Both the position numbers and the translations under genes were made by a program. From Candidatus Thorarchaeota archaeon (lineage in GTDB: Archaea; Asgardarchaeota; Thorarchaeia; Thorarchaeales; Thorarchaeaceae), in contig RDNZ01000007.1 of assembly GCA_011364905.1 (NCBI GenBank), positions 32,742 to 96,741 on the forward strand: a DNA stretch of 64,000 bases, in the 5' to 3' direction. This document shows, piece by piece, positions 9,786-18,980 of the stretch. A model generated the notes under the pieces. The model was not told where the DNA came from. It saw nothing but the letters and a program-made list of their open reading frames with translations, and did not search any database. Position 1 is the stretch's first letter, and each line of letters opens with the position of its first letter.

Positions 9786-10055
9786 ATGAAACTGACAGAT
9801 ACTGAAAAAGAGCCATTTCATGGACTGAGAGATGTATCAGACTTAAGAACTCAATTTCAATGTGAGTACCGATTGCGTCTCAAACAGGCAACTGGAAACA
9901 CTTCCACACCAGCAAGTGTCGCCGGGACAAGGTTTCATCAACTTCTTGCATCACAGACAGATATTCGCAAAACTGAGAATGGAAAAAATCGGTTTGTTCC
10001 TTTATTGATAATCATCATCACTCTACTTGTTGGTACCCTTTGGATCATCTGGTGA
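9786..10055 (+). CDS. N-terminal half of a Cas4-like nuclease with C-terminal TM helix
   Basis: VSDLRTQFQCEYRLRL...GTRFH resembles the Cas4 N-terminal Cys/helix motif; ends FVPLLIIIITLLVGTLWIIW. Confidence 0.65.
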   Translation: MKLTDTEKEPFHGLRDVSDLRTQFQCEYRLRLKQATGNTSTPASVAGTRFHQLLASQTDIRKTENGKNRFVPLLIIIITLLVGTLWIIW

Positions 10056-10059
10056 TTGT

Positions 10060-10719
10060 ATGAGTAACCTTGTCAGTTTTCTCATGATACTAATGTGCAT
10101 GCTTGGACTCTTAGTCTTCTTAGCATATCAACCAAAGAGTGGTCTTGTATCGTCTGGGATGATAATGAGAAGAGCAGTATCTGCACCCGTGTGTCTCTCC
10201 GAGTTCTTGACTAAGAAGCAGAAGCAGTGGAAGAACCACACCTATTATTACTTCGCTGAAGAAACAGTTAGGTCCTTGGGACATAGGTTCATTGGAAGAT
10301 TCGATGGAGCAGTAATCCATTGGGAAGATGTACCTATCTTGGATCTCATAATTGAACACAAATTCCCATCGCAGCATCTCCCAAGACACATGAGACCAGA
10401 AGATGTTTTTCAAGCAGGCCTCTATGCACTGGCCTTGATGGAGAGCGGTGTTTCTTGTTCCTCGACAAAACTTGTGACAATATACTGCTCCCAAGATAAG
10501 GCGGAAAAATGTTTAGAAAGAAAATCGACTAGAGATTGCTGGCGTTGCAACGAGAGTAGATCATATGTGAAGAAATTCAGACCAAACGATGTGCTTAGGA
10601 TCCTAAAGAGATTGGATGAAGTTTGGTACGAAGGTAGGAAGTCAAGAACCACTCATGATGAAAGCAATTGTTGGGTTTGTCCATATAGTAATGGCAGATG
10701 CAACTATGCTTTGGTTTGA
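10060..10719 (+). CDS. PD-(D/E)xK Cas4-like nuclease catalytic half with N-terminal TM helix
   Basis: GRFDG, IIEHK, QAGLYA, C-terminal CWVCPY....C; ATG at 10060 after GGTGA overlapping the upstream stop. Confidence 0.75.
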   Translation: MSNLVSFLMILMCMLGLLVFLAYQPKSGLVSSGMIMRRAVSAPVCLSEFLTKKQKQWKNHTYYYFAEETVRSLGHRFIGRFDGAVIHWEDVPILDLIIEHKFPSQHLPRHMRPEDVFQAGLYALALMESGVSCSSTKLVTIYCSQDKAEKCLERKSTRDCWRCNESRSYVKKFRPNDVLRILKRLDEVWYEGRKSRTTHDESNCWVCPYSNGRCNYALV

Positions 10720-11201
10720 TTTGGAAGTTGATATACAACAACACAGACCTTTTTACGTTAGAGAATCAACAAGAAGATGCTATGGTTCATTCATTAACAA
10801 GACTCCTATCTTATGTAATAGCCGCAAAGAGAGATTTGAAACGTACCTACTACACCGCACGAAATCACGATGCCAAATTGGATGCAAAAGAGCTTGTAGC
10901 AGCTACGATAGCTCTTCAGCGACTATTGGAGGACCTTCTTGCCAAACGTAGAACGAGTAGGTTAGCCAAAAGAATCTTGGAAGACAGAAAAGCGAATCTG
11001 TCGGTTCAACGATGGATAAACGGATTTCCAAAGCGGGTGAAAGAGTATCTATCGAAGTCGAAAAAGCTCGAACAGCAGCATCTTCGAAAGTATCAACAAG
11101 TTCTCCTAGAGTACATAAACGGGATAAGCATGGAGCTTGCTCGATGGATTGAAGATATCGAAACAATGAAAGAACTGCCAAGACTTCCCCGAGAATCATG
11201 A
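10698..11201 (+). CDS. hypothetical helical basic protein
   Basis: Co-oriented with the nuclease pair; K/R/L-rich helical composition; true start uncertain, probably downstream. Confidence 0.65.
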   Translation: MQLCFGLIWKLIYNNTDLFTLENQQEDAMVHSLTRLLSYVIAAKRDLKRTYYTARNHDAKLDAKELVAATIALQRLLEDLLAKRRTSRLAKRILEDRKANLSVQRWINGFPKRVKEYLSKSKKLEQQHLRKYQQVLLEYINGISMELARWIEDIETMKELPRLPRES

Positions 11202-11213
11202 GGATTTTTTATT

Positions 11214-12293
11214 CTACCATCGAAGACGCGCAGCCATTCCACCAAATGCCTTCAGTTGCTGTCCTGATTCTGTTTGGTTGGAAAACACTAACAAATTGCT
11301 GCCATAGTCTGCAACCATGTCGTAGAGTTCATCCATTTCATCTGCAATGTCCTCTAACACCATTACTGTGTCCACACGGCCCTGACGTAGTGCCTCCAAG
11401 ACTTCATTCTTGCCGTATGTCACTGTGTTCAAACCCTTCATCAGATCCTCCATAAATTGGTCCCATGTTTGACGTTCAACATAAATCTCGGTTTCACGGA
11501 GGATTCGGGAAGCCTCTTTCATCGCTTGGTAGAGACCAGTTTCATCGATGATGCTGACAGGAATGATGGTTTCGGCAATCTTCTCACGGATTCGATAGTC
11601 AAGGTCCCCTTTTTCTAAGAATTCTTGACAACGAATTGTGTTTCCTCCCAAGACTATTGCATCGACGCCGTCCAAATTGTCAAGTAGCAGATCTGCAAGA
11701 ATGCGACCTACATGCTTGAAGAACTCCATCATTTTTTCCTCGCGAATTCGAAGGTATCGTTTTGCACTCTGGCCGCCAGCTCTGGTCTTGCCAATTATGT
11801 AAAAATCTTCATCGCGGACCAGTTCCATGTGCTTTCCTCTGAGGTATCCGATCGTTACCTTACCACCCTCAAGAAGAACAATGACGACCAAACTCTTAGG
11901 CTTCGTCATGTTTTCAAGTTCTTCTGTCACAAATTCCCGTCCACAGAGGTAGACAAATTGGGATATCGGACTGGGCGGAACGACGAGCTCTCGTATTACA
12001 TTCCCAGTGCCTCCCTCTTCTTCTATACCAAAAAAGAAAACCAATCCGTTTTCGGGAATGCCGGTCATTTTTGTAAGTTCGCTCAGTATTGCAGTTAGAT
12101 TGTCAGCAACATTCTTTCTATTTGCTTTGCTCTTGATGTTATCAGCGCCTGCAAGTTCAGTCTTGACGAAGTTAATCACATCAGTAAGATTCTTTGAAGG
12201 AGGTATATAGAGTGTGGTGAAAGAACTATGGCGCCCCTTGTACGCTTTGAGCTGTTCAACCTTGCGTTTGAGCCTATGTCTTTCTACGGACAT
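11214..12293 (-). CDS. prf1: peptide chain release factor aRF1
   Basis: TLYIPP, NIKS, YLCGREF (YxCxxxF), GGQSA; start at MSVER after GGTGA. Confidence 0.95.
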   Translation of the reverse strand: MSVERHRLKRKVEQLKAYKGRHSSFTTLYIPPSKNLTDVINFVKTELAGADNIKSKANRKNVADNLTAILSELTKMTGIPENGLVFFFGIEEEGGTGNVIRELVVPPSPISQFVYLCGREFVTEELENMTKPKSLVVIVLLEGGKVTIGYLRGKHMELVRDEDFYIIGKTRAGGQSAKRYLRIREEKMMEFFKHVGRILADLLLDNLDGVDAIVLGGNTIRCQEFLEKGDLDYRIREKIAETIIPVSIIDETGLYQAMKEASRILRETEIYVERQTWDQFMEDLMKGLNTVTYGKNEVLEALRQGRVDTVMVLEDIADEMDELYDMVADYGSNLLVFSNQTESGQQLKAFGGMAARLRW

Positions 12294-12603
12294 TGTTTTC
12301 ACCATCTCTATTATGCTATTCACTGATTTCATCAAAAATCAGAGGCAGCCATTCCTGCCAGTTGGTTGACTCGATTGAGGATATTTTAACATTCCGTAGT
12401 AGCTGTGAACTTCCGCGACCCTAAAGCGATGGCGACACATTAAAAAGGTGAGCTCTTAGTCCAATTCTAGAAAGGTGAAGGACGGATGGATAACCGCCAA
12501 TTTACAAATACCCCATGAGGGGTCATTCATTGTGCCAAGACAGAATATATGCGGTGCACCATTCGCGATTGATTCGAAAGACCTTAGGAGTTTTGAGTAA
12601 CAA

Positions 12604-14112
12604 ATGAGCGAGCAGTTGACAAAAGGAGAAAAAACCATTCTTAGGGAACTAATGAATATTGGTCAGCGTGTACCCACCTCGCAGCTAGCAAACAACCTCG
12701 GCCAAGCAGAAGAAAGAGTGATCTCAATTCTCAATTCACTGGCAAGTAGGAATCTTGTAGAGATTATCTCAAGAGAGATCGTGTCCTACAAAATAACTGA
12801 GGAGGGGCAGGAGTATGCCGAAACAGGCCTTCCCGAGGTGCGTCTCTTTAATGCTGTGAAGAGTTTAGGAGGAGTAGCCAGCTTTGATGATGCCTCTGCT
12901 CAATCTGGAATGGACCATAAAACAAAAGGTATCGCGATGAACTGGGCCAGGAAGAATCACTGGCTCCAGATATTAAAAGAAGACGATGCTACAGTGCTTC
13001 GTTCTCTCGTAGATGCACCAGAATCTGATGTATCGGATGTGTTGGAACAAGTTGCATCAGGAAAAGGCACACTTTCCAAGTCAATGTCAGATGCTCTTAG
13101 ACAGGCACTAGAGAGGAACCTAGTGTCGGAAGTTATAACCAAGAAATTCGAAACGGAGATCATCGAATCTGAGGTTGCAGAGGTTGAGCAGCTACTCGCC
13201 GTGGATTCAGGAGGGATTGGAAATTTGACTCCAGAGATTCTAACCACTGGCGCTTGGAGAAACAAGTCATTTAGACCATATAATGTAGACATCGTACCAG
13301 CCTATGCAAACTACGGGAAGAAGCATCCTTACGCGGAATTCAATGATTGGCTTAGAGAGATTATGATTGGACTGGGTTTCACAGAATGGTTTGGTCCCTA
13401 TGTTGAAACCGAATTCTGGGGTCATGATACACTCTTTGTTCCCCAAGATCATGTTTCGCGTGAAGTCCAAGATCAATTCAGAGTTGCAGCTCCATTCGAC
13501 CACGGGCACATTCGGGACAGGAAATATTACAAAGCTGTGAAAGCAGTACATGAGAATGGAGGAACCACTGGTTCTAAGGGCTGGGACTGGCCATATAGTG
13601 AAGAGGTGGCAACCAGACTTTGTCTGCGCCCTCATACAACCCCAGTATCAATGAGGTATCTCTATGAACATCGTGAAAGCCCTCAGAAGATGTTCATCAT
13701 AGACCGAAACTTCAGGTCAGAAACACTCAGTGCAACACATGGGCAGGAATTTGACCAGTGTGAGGGAATCATCATGGACAAAGGACTGACGTTGAGAGAC
13801 CTCCTAGGATACCTCACTTCAATATGCAATGCTGTAGGCATTAAGAAGTTGAAATTCAAACCTGGGCAGTTTCCTTTCACTGAGCCAAGTGTTGAAACTT
13901 TCGGAAAACATGAGAAGCTTGGATGGATTGAGCTTGGTGGTTCCGGGATTTTTCGACCAGAGGTCACCCTGCCGCTTGGAATAGAAGATACGGTCCTCGC
14001 ATGGGGAATCGGTTCAGGGAGGCTCTACATGGCAGCTATGGGTATCAATGACATTAGAGACCTCTTCTCAAGAGATTTGAATTGGCTTAGGAGGAGCCAC
14101 TTCGTCAGGTAG
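12604..14112 (+). CDS. pheS: phenylalanine--tRNA ligase alpha subunit
   Basis: GLPE, LFVPQDH, LRPHTT, FPFTEPS, ELGGSGIFRPE. Confidence 0.96.
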   Translation: MSEQLTKGEKTILRELMNIGQRVPTSQLANNLGQAEERVISILNSLASRNLVEIISREIVSYKITEEGQEYAETGLPEVRLFNAVKSLGGVASFDDASAQSGMDHKTKGIAMNWARKNHWLQILKEDDATVLRSLVDAPESDVSDVLEQVASGKGTLSKSMSDALRQALERNLVSEVITKKFETEIIESEVAEVEQLLAVDSGGIGNLTPEILTTGAWRNKSFRPYNVDIVPAYANYGKKHPYAEFNDWLREIMIGLGFTEWFGPYVETEFWGHDTLFVPQDHVSREVQDQFRVAAPFDHGHIRDRKYYKAVKAVHENGGTTGSKGWDWPYSEEVATRLCLRPHTTPVSMRYLYEHRESPQKMFIIDRNFRSETLSATHGQEFDQCEGIIMDKGLTLRDLLGYLTSICNAVGIKKLKFKPGQFPFTEPSVETFGKHEKLGWIELGGSGIFRPEVTLPLGIEDTVLAWGIGSGRLYMAAMGINDIRDLFSRDLNWLRRSHFVR

Positions 14113-15792
14113 GTGATAACGATGATTGTAGAATGTAGGATAGACGATCTCCTATCATTGATCGGCAAGAAACTAACCCATCGACAACTGGAAGACACAC
14201 TCTTTCTAATCAAGGCGGAGATAGAGAAGCTTGAGGGGAACATTGTGGAGATAGAAGTGAATCCAGACCGCCAAGATATGCTCTCGACTGAAGGCATTGC
14301 AAGGGCGGTTAGGTCATTCCTAAGAATAGACTCTGGTCTCTGGAAGTATCCAGTCCGAAAATCCGGAAAGCAAGTCATCGTCAAGCCAGGTCTCAGCAAA
14401 ATAAGACCATTCATTTGCTGCTCAATCATTAAGGGAGTTCCTTCAGATGATGAACTAATCAAGGAGTATATGCATCTGCAAGATGCTCTGACTTCCACAC
14501 ATGGAAGAAACAGAAACAAAGCTAGTATTGGTCTCTATGTCTATGATGACATTCAGTTCCCAGTAATCTATAAGCCACAAAAACCGGAGAAGATAAAATT
14601 CATACCTCTTGGCTATGAGAAGGAGATGGATGGTCCAACAATCCTAGCTGTTCACGAAAAAGGAGTTGAGTTTGGACCAATATTGCAGAATCACAGTAAG
14701 TGGCCTCTACTAATTGACTCCAAAAACCAGGTGCTAAGTCTACCACCTATTATCAATAGTAATAACTTAGGCAGAATGACCACTGAAACAAAGAATCTTT
14801 TCATCGAAGTCACCGGGACTCATTTACCGACTGTTGACCAAGCATTGAACATCATCACTGCGTCTCTTGCAGAAAGAGGAGGAAAGATCGAGTCGGTCAA
14901 TGTTGTGTACCCTGACGGTTCAACTGAAGAGACCCCTAACTTCAAGCCTGAAGGAATGAAACTAGATATCAGAGAGATCAATCGCATGATTGGGCTTGAT
15001 TTGACAGGAACTGAGATTATCCAAGCTTTAGAGAGGATGGGTTACGGAACAAAAATGCTGAGGTCCAAACAAGTCCAAATCCTAATTCCACAAGTACGAA
15101 TGGACATTCTTCATCCAGTGGATATTATCGAGGATGTTGCTATCGGATATGGATTCGATAACTTGAAACCAGCAATGCCTCAAACAATGACGGCGGGCAA
15201 GACAAATCCGGTGACTCGGGTTAAAAACAAGCTAAGAGATCTAATGGTGGGAATGGAGTATAATGAAGTCATGAACTACATTATGACATCTCCGGAACTC
15301 TTGAATGACAAAATGCTTCGGAACCGACTCATGATTACCACAGGAAATCCGAAAAGTCTGAGCTACTCTGTTCTTCGGAATTCGCTCCTGCCAATTCTTC
15401 TTGATTTCACATCACAGAATCAACATGCTGACTATCCACAGAAAGTTTTCGAGGTGGGAGACATTGTGATTCCTGATGAGACCAAGGAAACATGCGTGGA
15501 CCAAGTCCCATCAGTGTGTGGCTTAGAGAGTGATGTTAAGGTGAATATTACTAAACTCATGTCCGAGATAGGATTCCTATTGCGGAATTTGGGATTGGGC
15601 GAGCGTTTCAAATTCGAATCAGAGAAGAATACAGATTTCATTGAAGGTAGGTCTGGATGTATCAAAATCGATGGAAAGACATGGGGCATCTTTGGAGAGA
15701 TTTCTCCCGTGATACTTTCAAACTTTGGTATCGGATATCCTATTGTTGCATTTGAGATATTCTTCCCGAGAGAGATTGATTGGCTCATGTAA
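14113..15792 (+). CDS. pheT: phenylalanine--tRNA ligase beta subunit
   Basis: PDRQDMLSTEGIAR, LSLPPIINS, RMDILHPVDIIEDVAIGYG. Confidence 0.96.
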   Translation: MITMIVECRIDDLLSLIGKKLTHRQLEDTLFLIKAEIEKLEGNIVEIEVNPDRQDMLSTEGIARAVRSFLRIDSGLWKYPVRKSGKQVIVKPGLSKIRPFICCSIIKGVPSDDELIKEYMHLQDALTSTHGRNRNKASIGLYVYDDIQFPVIYKPQKPEKIKFIPLGYEKEMDGPTILAVHEKGVEFGPILQNHSKWPLLIDSKNQVLSLPPIINSNNLGRMTTETKNLFIEVTGTHLPTVDQALNIITASLAERGGKIESVNVVYPDGSTEETPNFKPEGMKLDIREINRMIGLDLTGTEIIQALERMGYGTKMLRSKQVQILIPQVRMDILHPVDIIEDVAIGYGFDNLKPAMPQTMTAGKTNPVTRVKNKLRDLMVGMEYNEVMNYIMTSPELLNDKMLRNRLMITTGNPKSLSYSVLRNSLLPILLDFTSQNQHADYPQKVFEVGDIVIPDETKETCVDQVPSVCGLESDVKVNITKLMSEIGFLLRNLGLGERFKFESEKNTDFIEGRSGCIKIDGKTWGIFGEISPVILSNFGIGYPIVAFEIFFPREIDWLM

Positions 15793-15895
15793 AATAACAT
15801 ACTGAAGGTTTGAGAATCTCCGAAGAAAAGATATAAGACAAAACCTGTGAACTGTCAGAGTAAGTCCGGTAAGTGATAACCCAAGGTGCTCCTGT

Positions 15896-16492
15896 ATGGC
15901 TCAGAGCAATGACACCACAGCTGCTGCATCCGACGACGGATTTGAAGGATACAAGTTTAGAATAGTTTTGTTAGGAGAGGCAGCCGTAGGCAAAACATCG
16001 CTCGTGAGGAGATACACTGAGAATGTCTTTGATGAGGAGTATAAGCAGACCATCGGAACAACATTCGCAACAAAAGATATCGATGTGACCGATGGTGAGG
16101 GCAACGTTCGGACAGTTCGTTTGAATATATGGGACATGGGCGGACAATCAACCTATAGAGAACTCCGCAGGCAGTTCATGAAAGGAGCCTCTGGGGCGGT
16201 AATCGTCTACGATGTAACCCGTCCGGAAACTTTCATGGCAATGAACAATTGGTTTGAGTCATTCAAAGAGGTGTGCCCAGATTCGCCGGTTATCATTAGC
16301 GCAAACAAAGTGGATCTATCAGAGAACAGGATGGTCCCTCAAGAACCCGGAATGATGCTGCGTGATTGGTTTCAGGCAGAGTATTTTGAGACTTCGGCGA
16401 AGACTGGCGACAAGGTAAACAATGTATTTACACGAGTTGCAGAGGTTGTTCTGGAGAAGGCACTATCTGAGAGCAAGAGTCCTTTGATGTGA
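15896..16492 (+). CDS. Rab-like small GTPase
   Basis: G1 GEAAVGKT, G2 TIG, G3 WDMGGQ, G4 NKVD, G5 ETSAK. Confidence 0.93.
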   Translation: MAQSNDTTAAASDDGFEGYKFRIVLLGEAAVGKTSLVRRYTENVFDEEYKQTIGTTFATKDIDVTDGEGNVRTVRLNIWDMGGQSTYRELRRQFMKGASGAVIVYDVTRPETFMAMNNWFESFKEVCPDSPVIISANKVDLSENRMVPQEPGMMLRDWFQAEYFETSAKTGDKVNNVFTRVAEVVLEKALSESKSPLM

Positions 16493-16507
16493 CCCTTTCC
16501 GGGTGAG

Positions 16508-16930
16508 GTGAAGGTGAACGTGATAGTAAGGGACTTCATGACATCATTTATTGTCACAGCTGATGCAGATACTCTTGTAGTCGATGCCGCGAAATTGATG
16601 GCAGCAGAGGATGTTGGCAGCCTGCTCGTTACAAAAGCAGATGTTCTTGCTGGGATGATTACAAGACGCGAAGTAATTGGTGCTCAGCTTCTATCGGATA
16701 AAGCCTATCATTCTCTGTGCGTAAAAGACATAATGACAACTCCTGTTGTAACAATTGGACCTGAAGCTGATCTTGGTCAAACCATCGCGTTGATGAATCA
16801 GACAGGAGTACGTCATGTGCCAGTCATTGAAGGAAACGACATAATCGGACTTGTTGCGTCAACAGACATAATCAGAGTACTGGCAACAATGAAGCTAATC
16901 GCTGATGGTGCGCCGGCAATCGAAGATTAA
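16508..16930 (+). CDS. CBS-pair domain protein
   Basis: VRDFMT, VGSLLV, GMITRRE, VKDIMTTPVVTI, RHVPV, GLVASTDI. Confidence 0.9.
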   Translation: MKVNVIVRDFMTSFIVTADADTLVVDAAKLMAAEDVGSLLVTKADVLAGMITRREVIGAQLLSDKAYHSLCVKDIMTTPVVTIGPEADLGQTIALMNQTGVRHVPVIEGNDIIGLVASTDIIRVLATMKLIADGAPAIED

Positions 16931-17625
16931 CCTATTTTGTATTTTGAAGCTTCAGCTCTGATCTCTTTTTTCAGTTGGATTATATCACGCGCTTGCATCT
17001 CTTTGCGTTTCTGATAACCTCCAACGATTCCAGCCCACCTATCGATATGAACCATAATGGGATCGCTTGGAACAATTTTCATTATAGCAGCTTTTGATTC
17101 TGCCAAAGCATCTAGGACATCTCCAGCTACACAACCCATCTTTAGGGATTTAATTATGGAGTCGAGATGTCCTGCAATTTGCAGTGATCGGTCAGCTGAA
17201 AGCGAGGAGGGAGCAGCTGAAGGCGCCGGAGTTGGTTCAGGTCTGGATGCAGGAGCAGGTTCCGGTGCCGGAGCGGATCTTGCAGGTGTGGGGGCTACCT
17301 GTACTGGCACGGGTTCGGGAACCGGCATATTCTGAATGATCTGTAGCATCTCATTTCGTAGGTTCTCGATGGACTGCTGAATGAAGACGCGGATTGCCCC
17401 GACCTCCTGCACGACCATGTTTGCCAAGTCTTCCTGATTATCAGGAGCTGGAGCGGCTTGAGCTTGATTACCCAGAGCAGCAATAATCTCGTCCTTAGCA
17501 GTTCGTACCTCAGATTTGATCTCGGTGACTGTTCCTAGAATGGTGATCATTCGTTTGAGAGTTTCACCAAGTTGGTTGATGCTTTCTTCAATCTTCATCA
17601 AACGGCTAAGGAATTGCTCTGCCAT
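16927..17625 (-). CDS. hypothetical protein: coiled coil, Pro/Ala linker, helical C-terminal domain
   Basis: Heptad-like N-terminus; PAPEPAPASRPEPTPAP linker; start MAEQ after GGTGA. Confidence 0.75.
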   Translation of the reverse strand: MAEQFLSRLMKIEESINQLGETLKRMITILGTVTEIKSEVRTAKDEIIAALGNQAQAAPAPDNQEDLANMVVQEVGAIRVFIQQSIENLRNEMLQIIQNMPVPEPVPVQVAPTPARSAPAPEPAPASRPEPTPAPSAAPSSLSADRSLQIAGHLDSIIKSLKMGCVAGDVLDALAESKAAIMKIVPSDPIMVHIDRWAGIVGGYQKRKEMQARDIIQLKKEIRAEASKYKIG

Positions 17626-17811
17626 AGTATTCACCAACAGTCGACATTTCATCCGAATATGGAAAATGCCCACTATAATCCTTGCTATGACGAACCCAGA
17701 ATGAGATTGTGAGTACTATGAAATTTTGGATATTACGAGGATATACTCAGAACTATTATTAACCAAAAAGCCGGCAAAGATACTTGGCAGTGAAATCTAG
17801 GACGTAGTACC

Positions 17812-18411
17812 ATGTCGATGGATGATGCTAGTCACATGTTTAAGCTGGTTGCGCTGGGAAATGGCGCTGTTGGCAAGACTAGCTGTATTAAGAGGTACAC
17901 GGAAGATAGTTTCAGCGAGCGGTACATTGCAACAATTGGCACCACATTCGCCCTGAAGACTGTGAATACTGTTTTGCCAAGTGGAAGTACTGTAACTGCA
18001 CGAGTTGTTCTTTGGGATCTTGCAGGGCAGCCCACATACAACGAACTGCGACGCAGGTACATGGCTGGCGCATCAATGGCAATCATTGTATATGATGTAA
18101 CACGGCCTCAAACGTTCTTGGATATAGGTGAATGGTTCACCAAGTTTATCACTGTGTGTCCCAATGCTGTGGTCGCGGTCGTAGCCAATAAGATAGATCG
18201 TGAGGACAGACTTGTTCCTCCAGAAGCAGGCAAGATGGTCACCCAGTGGTTGGATGTAGTACATTACGAAACTTCAGCCAAGACCGGAGAGAATGTCAAC
18301 ATTCTCTTCACAGAATTGGTGCAGAAAGCAATTGCCAAACAAGCAGAAACTGGTCCACTTGATTCAACATCAGGGGATCAACCACCAAAACCATTCAAGC
18401 TAGGAGTCTGA
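17812..18411 (+). CDS. Rab-like small GTPase
   Basis: GNGAVGKT, TIG, WDLAGQ, NKID, ETSAK. Confidence 0.93.
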   Translation: MSMDDASHMFKLVALGNGAVGKTSCIKRYTEDSFSERYIATIGTTFALKTVNTVLPSGSTVTARVVLWDLAGQPTYNELRRRYMAGASMAIIVYDVTRPQTFLDIGEWFTKFITVCPNAVVAVVANKIDREDRLVPPEAGKMVTQWLDVVHYETSAKTGENVNILFTELVQKAIAKQAETGPLDSTSGDQPPKPFKLGV

Positions 18412-18434
18412 GAGGGACACTAGGAAGGATATGA

Positions 18435-18971
18435 ATGGTTTCGACAACCAAATATTTAGAAGGATTAATTGGGCATCTTTTTCTCTTCTTAGTTAACTTC
18501 TCCGTCCTAGTAGGGATTATTGAGAGTCTTCAGCTTTTTACTCCGTCACTACCAATCCTCAATGCTCTGGTCCTGGGATACATGCTTGCTCACACATTCG
18601 TACTCCTCACTGTGCAACAAGGCATTCAAATTCTGGAGCTTATTAGAATGCATCTACCCACCGTGTTAATTCTTTACTACTTTAGAATCAGTGATCAGGA
18701 AACTATTCAGGTTCCGCTGTTTGACCCCACAAAAAGTCGATTGGCAGTTCTAATTGTTCTCCTTGTGATAACAGGCGGACCAATACTCTACCCAATTTTC
18801 GCAATCTACGGATTTCTTCTCGTTTGGGGACACCTCACAATCATTGCACTAGATCCAGCAAGAATTGTTCAATACTTTGGTATATTCCTCAACTATGCAC
18901 CTCCTTTGTTACTCATTGTAGCAGGAGCCATAGTCATCTCAATTGTGATGATTGAAAGAAGACATGTCTGA
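18435..18971 (+). CDS. hypothetical multi-pass membrane protein
   Basis: About 4-5 hydrophobic segments; directly downstream of the GTPase. Confidence 0.75.
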   Translation: MVSTTKYLEGLIGHLFLFLVNFSVLVGIIESLQLFTPSLPILNALVLGYMLAHTFVLLTVQQGIQILELIRMHLPTVLILYYFRISDQETIQVPLFDPTKSRLAVLIVLLVITGGPILYPIFAIYGFLLVWGHLTIIALDPARIVQYFGIFLNYAPPLLLIVAGAIVISIVMIERRHV

Positions 18972-18980
18972 GGCGCTGAT

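Noticed and set aside
9786-10719. CRISPR-Cas adaptation locus
   Set aside because: No cas1, cas2 or repeat-spacer array in the window.
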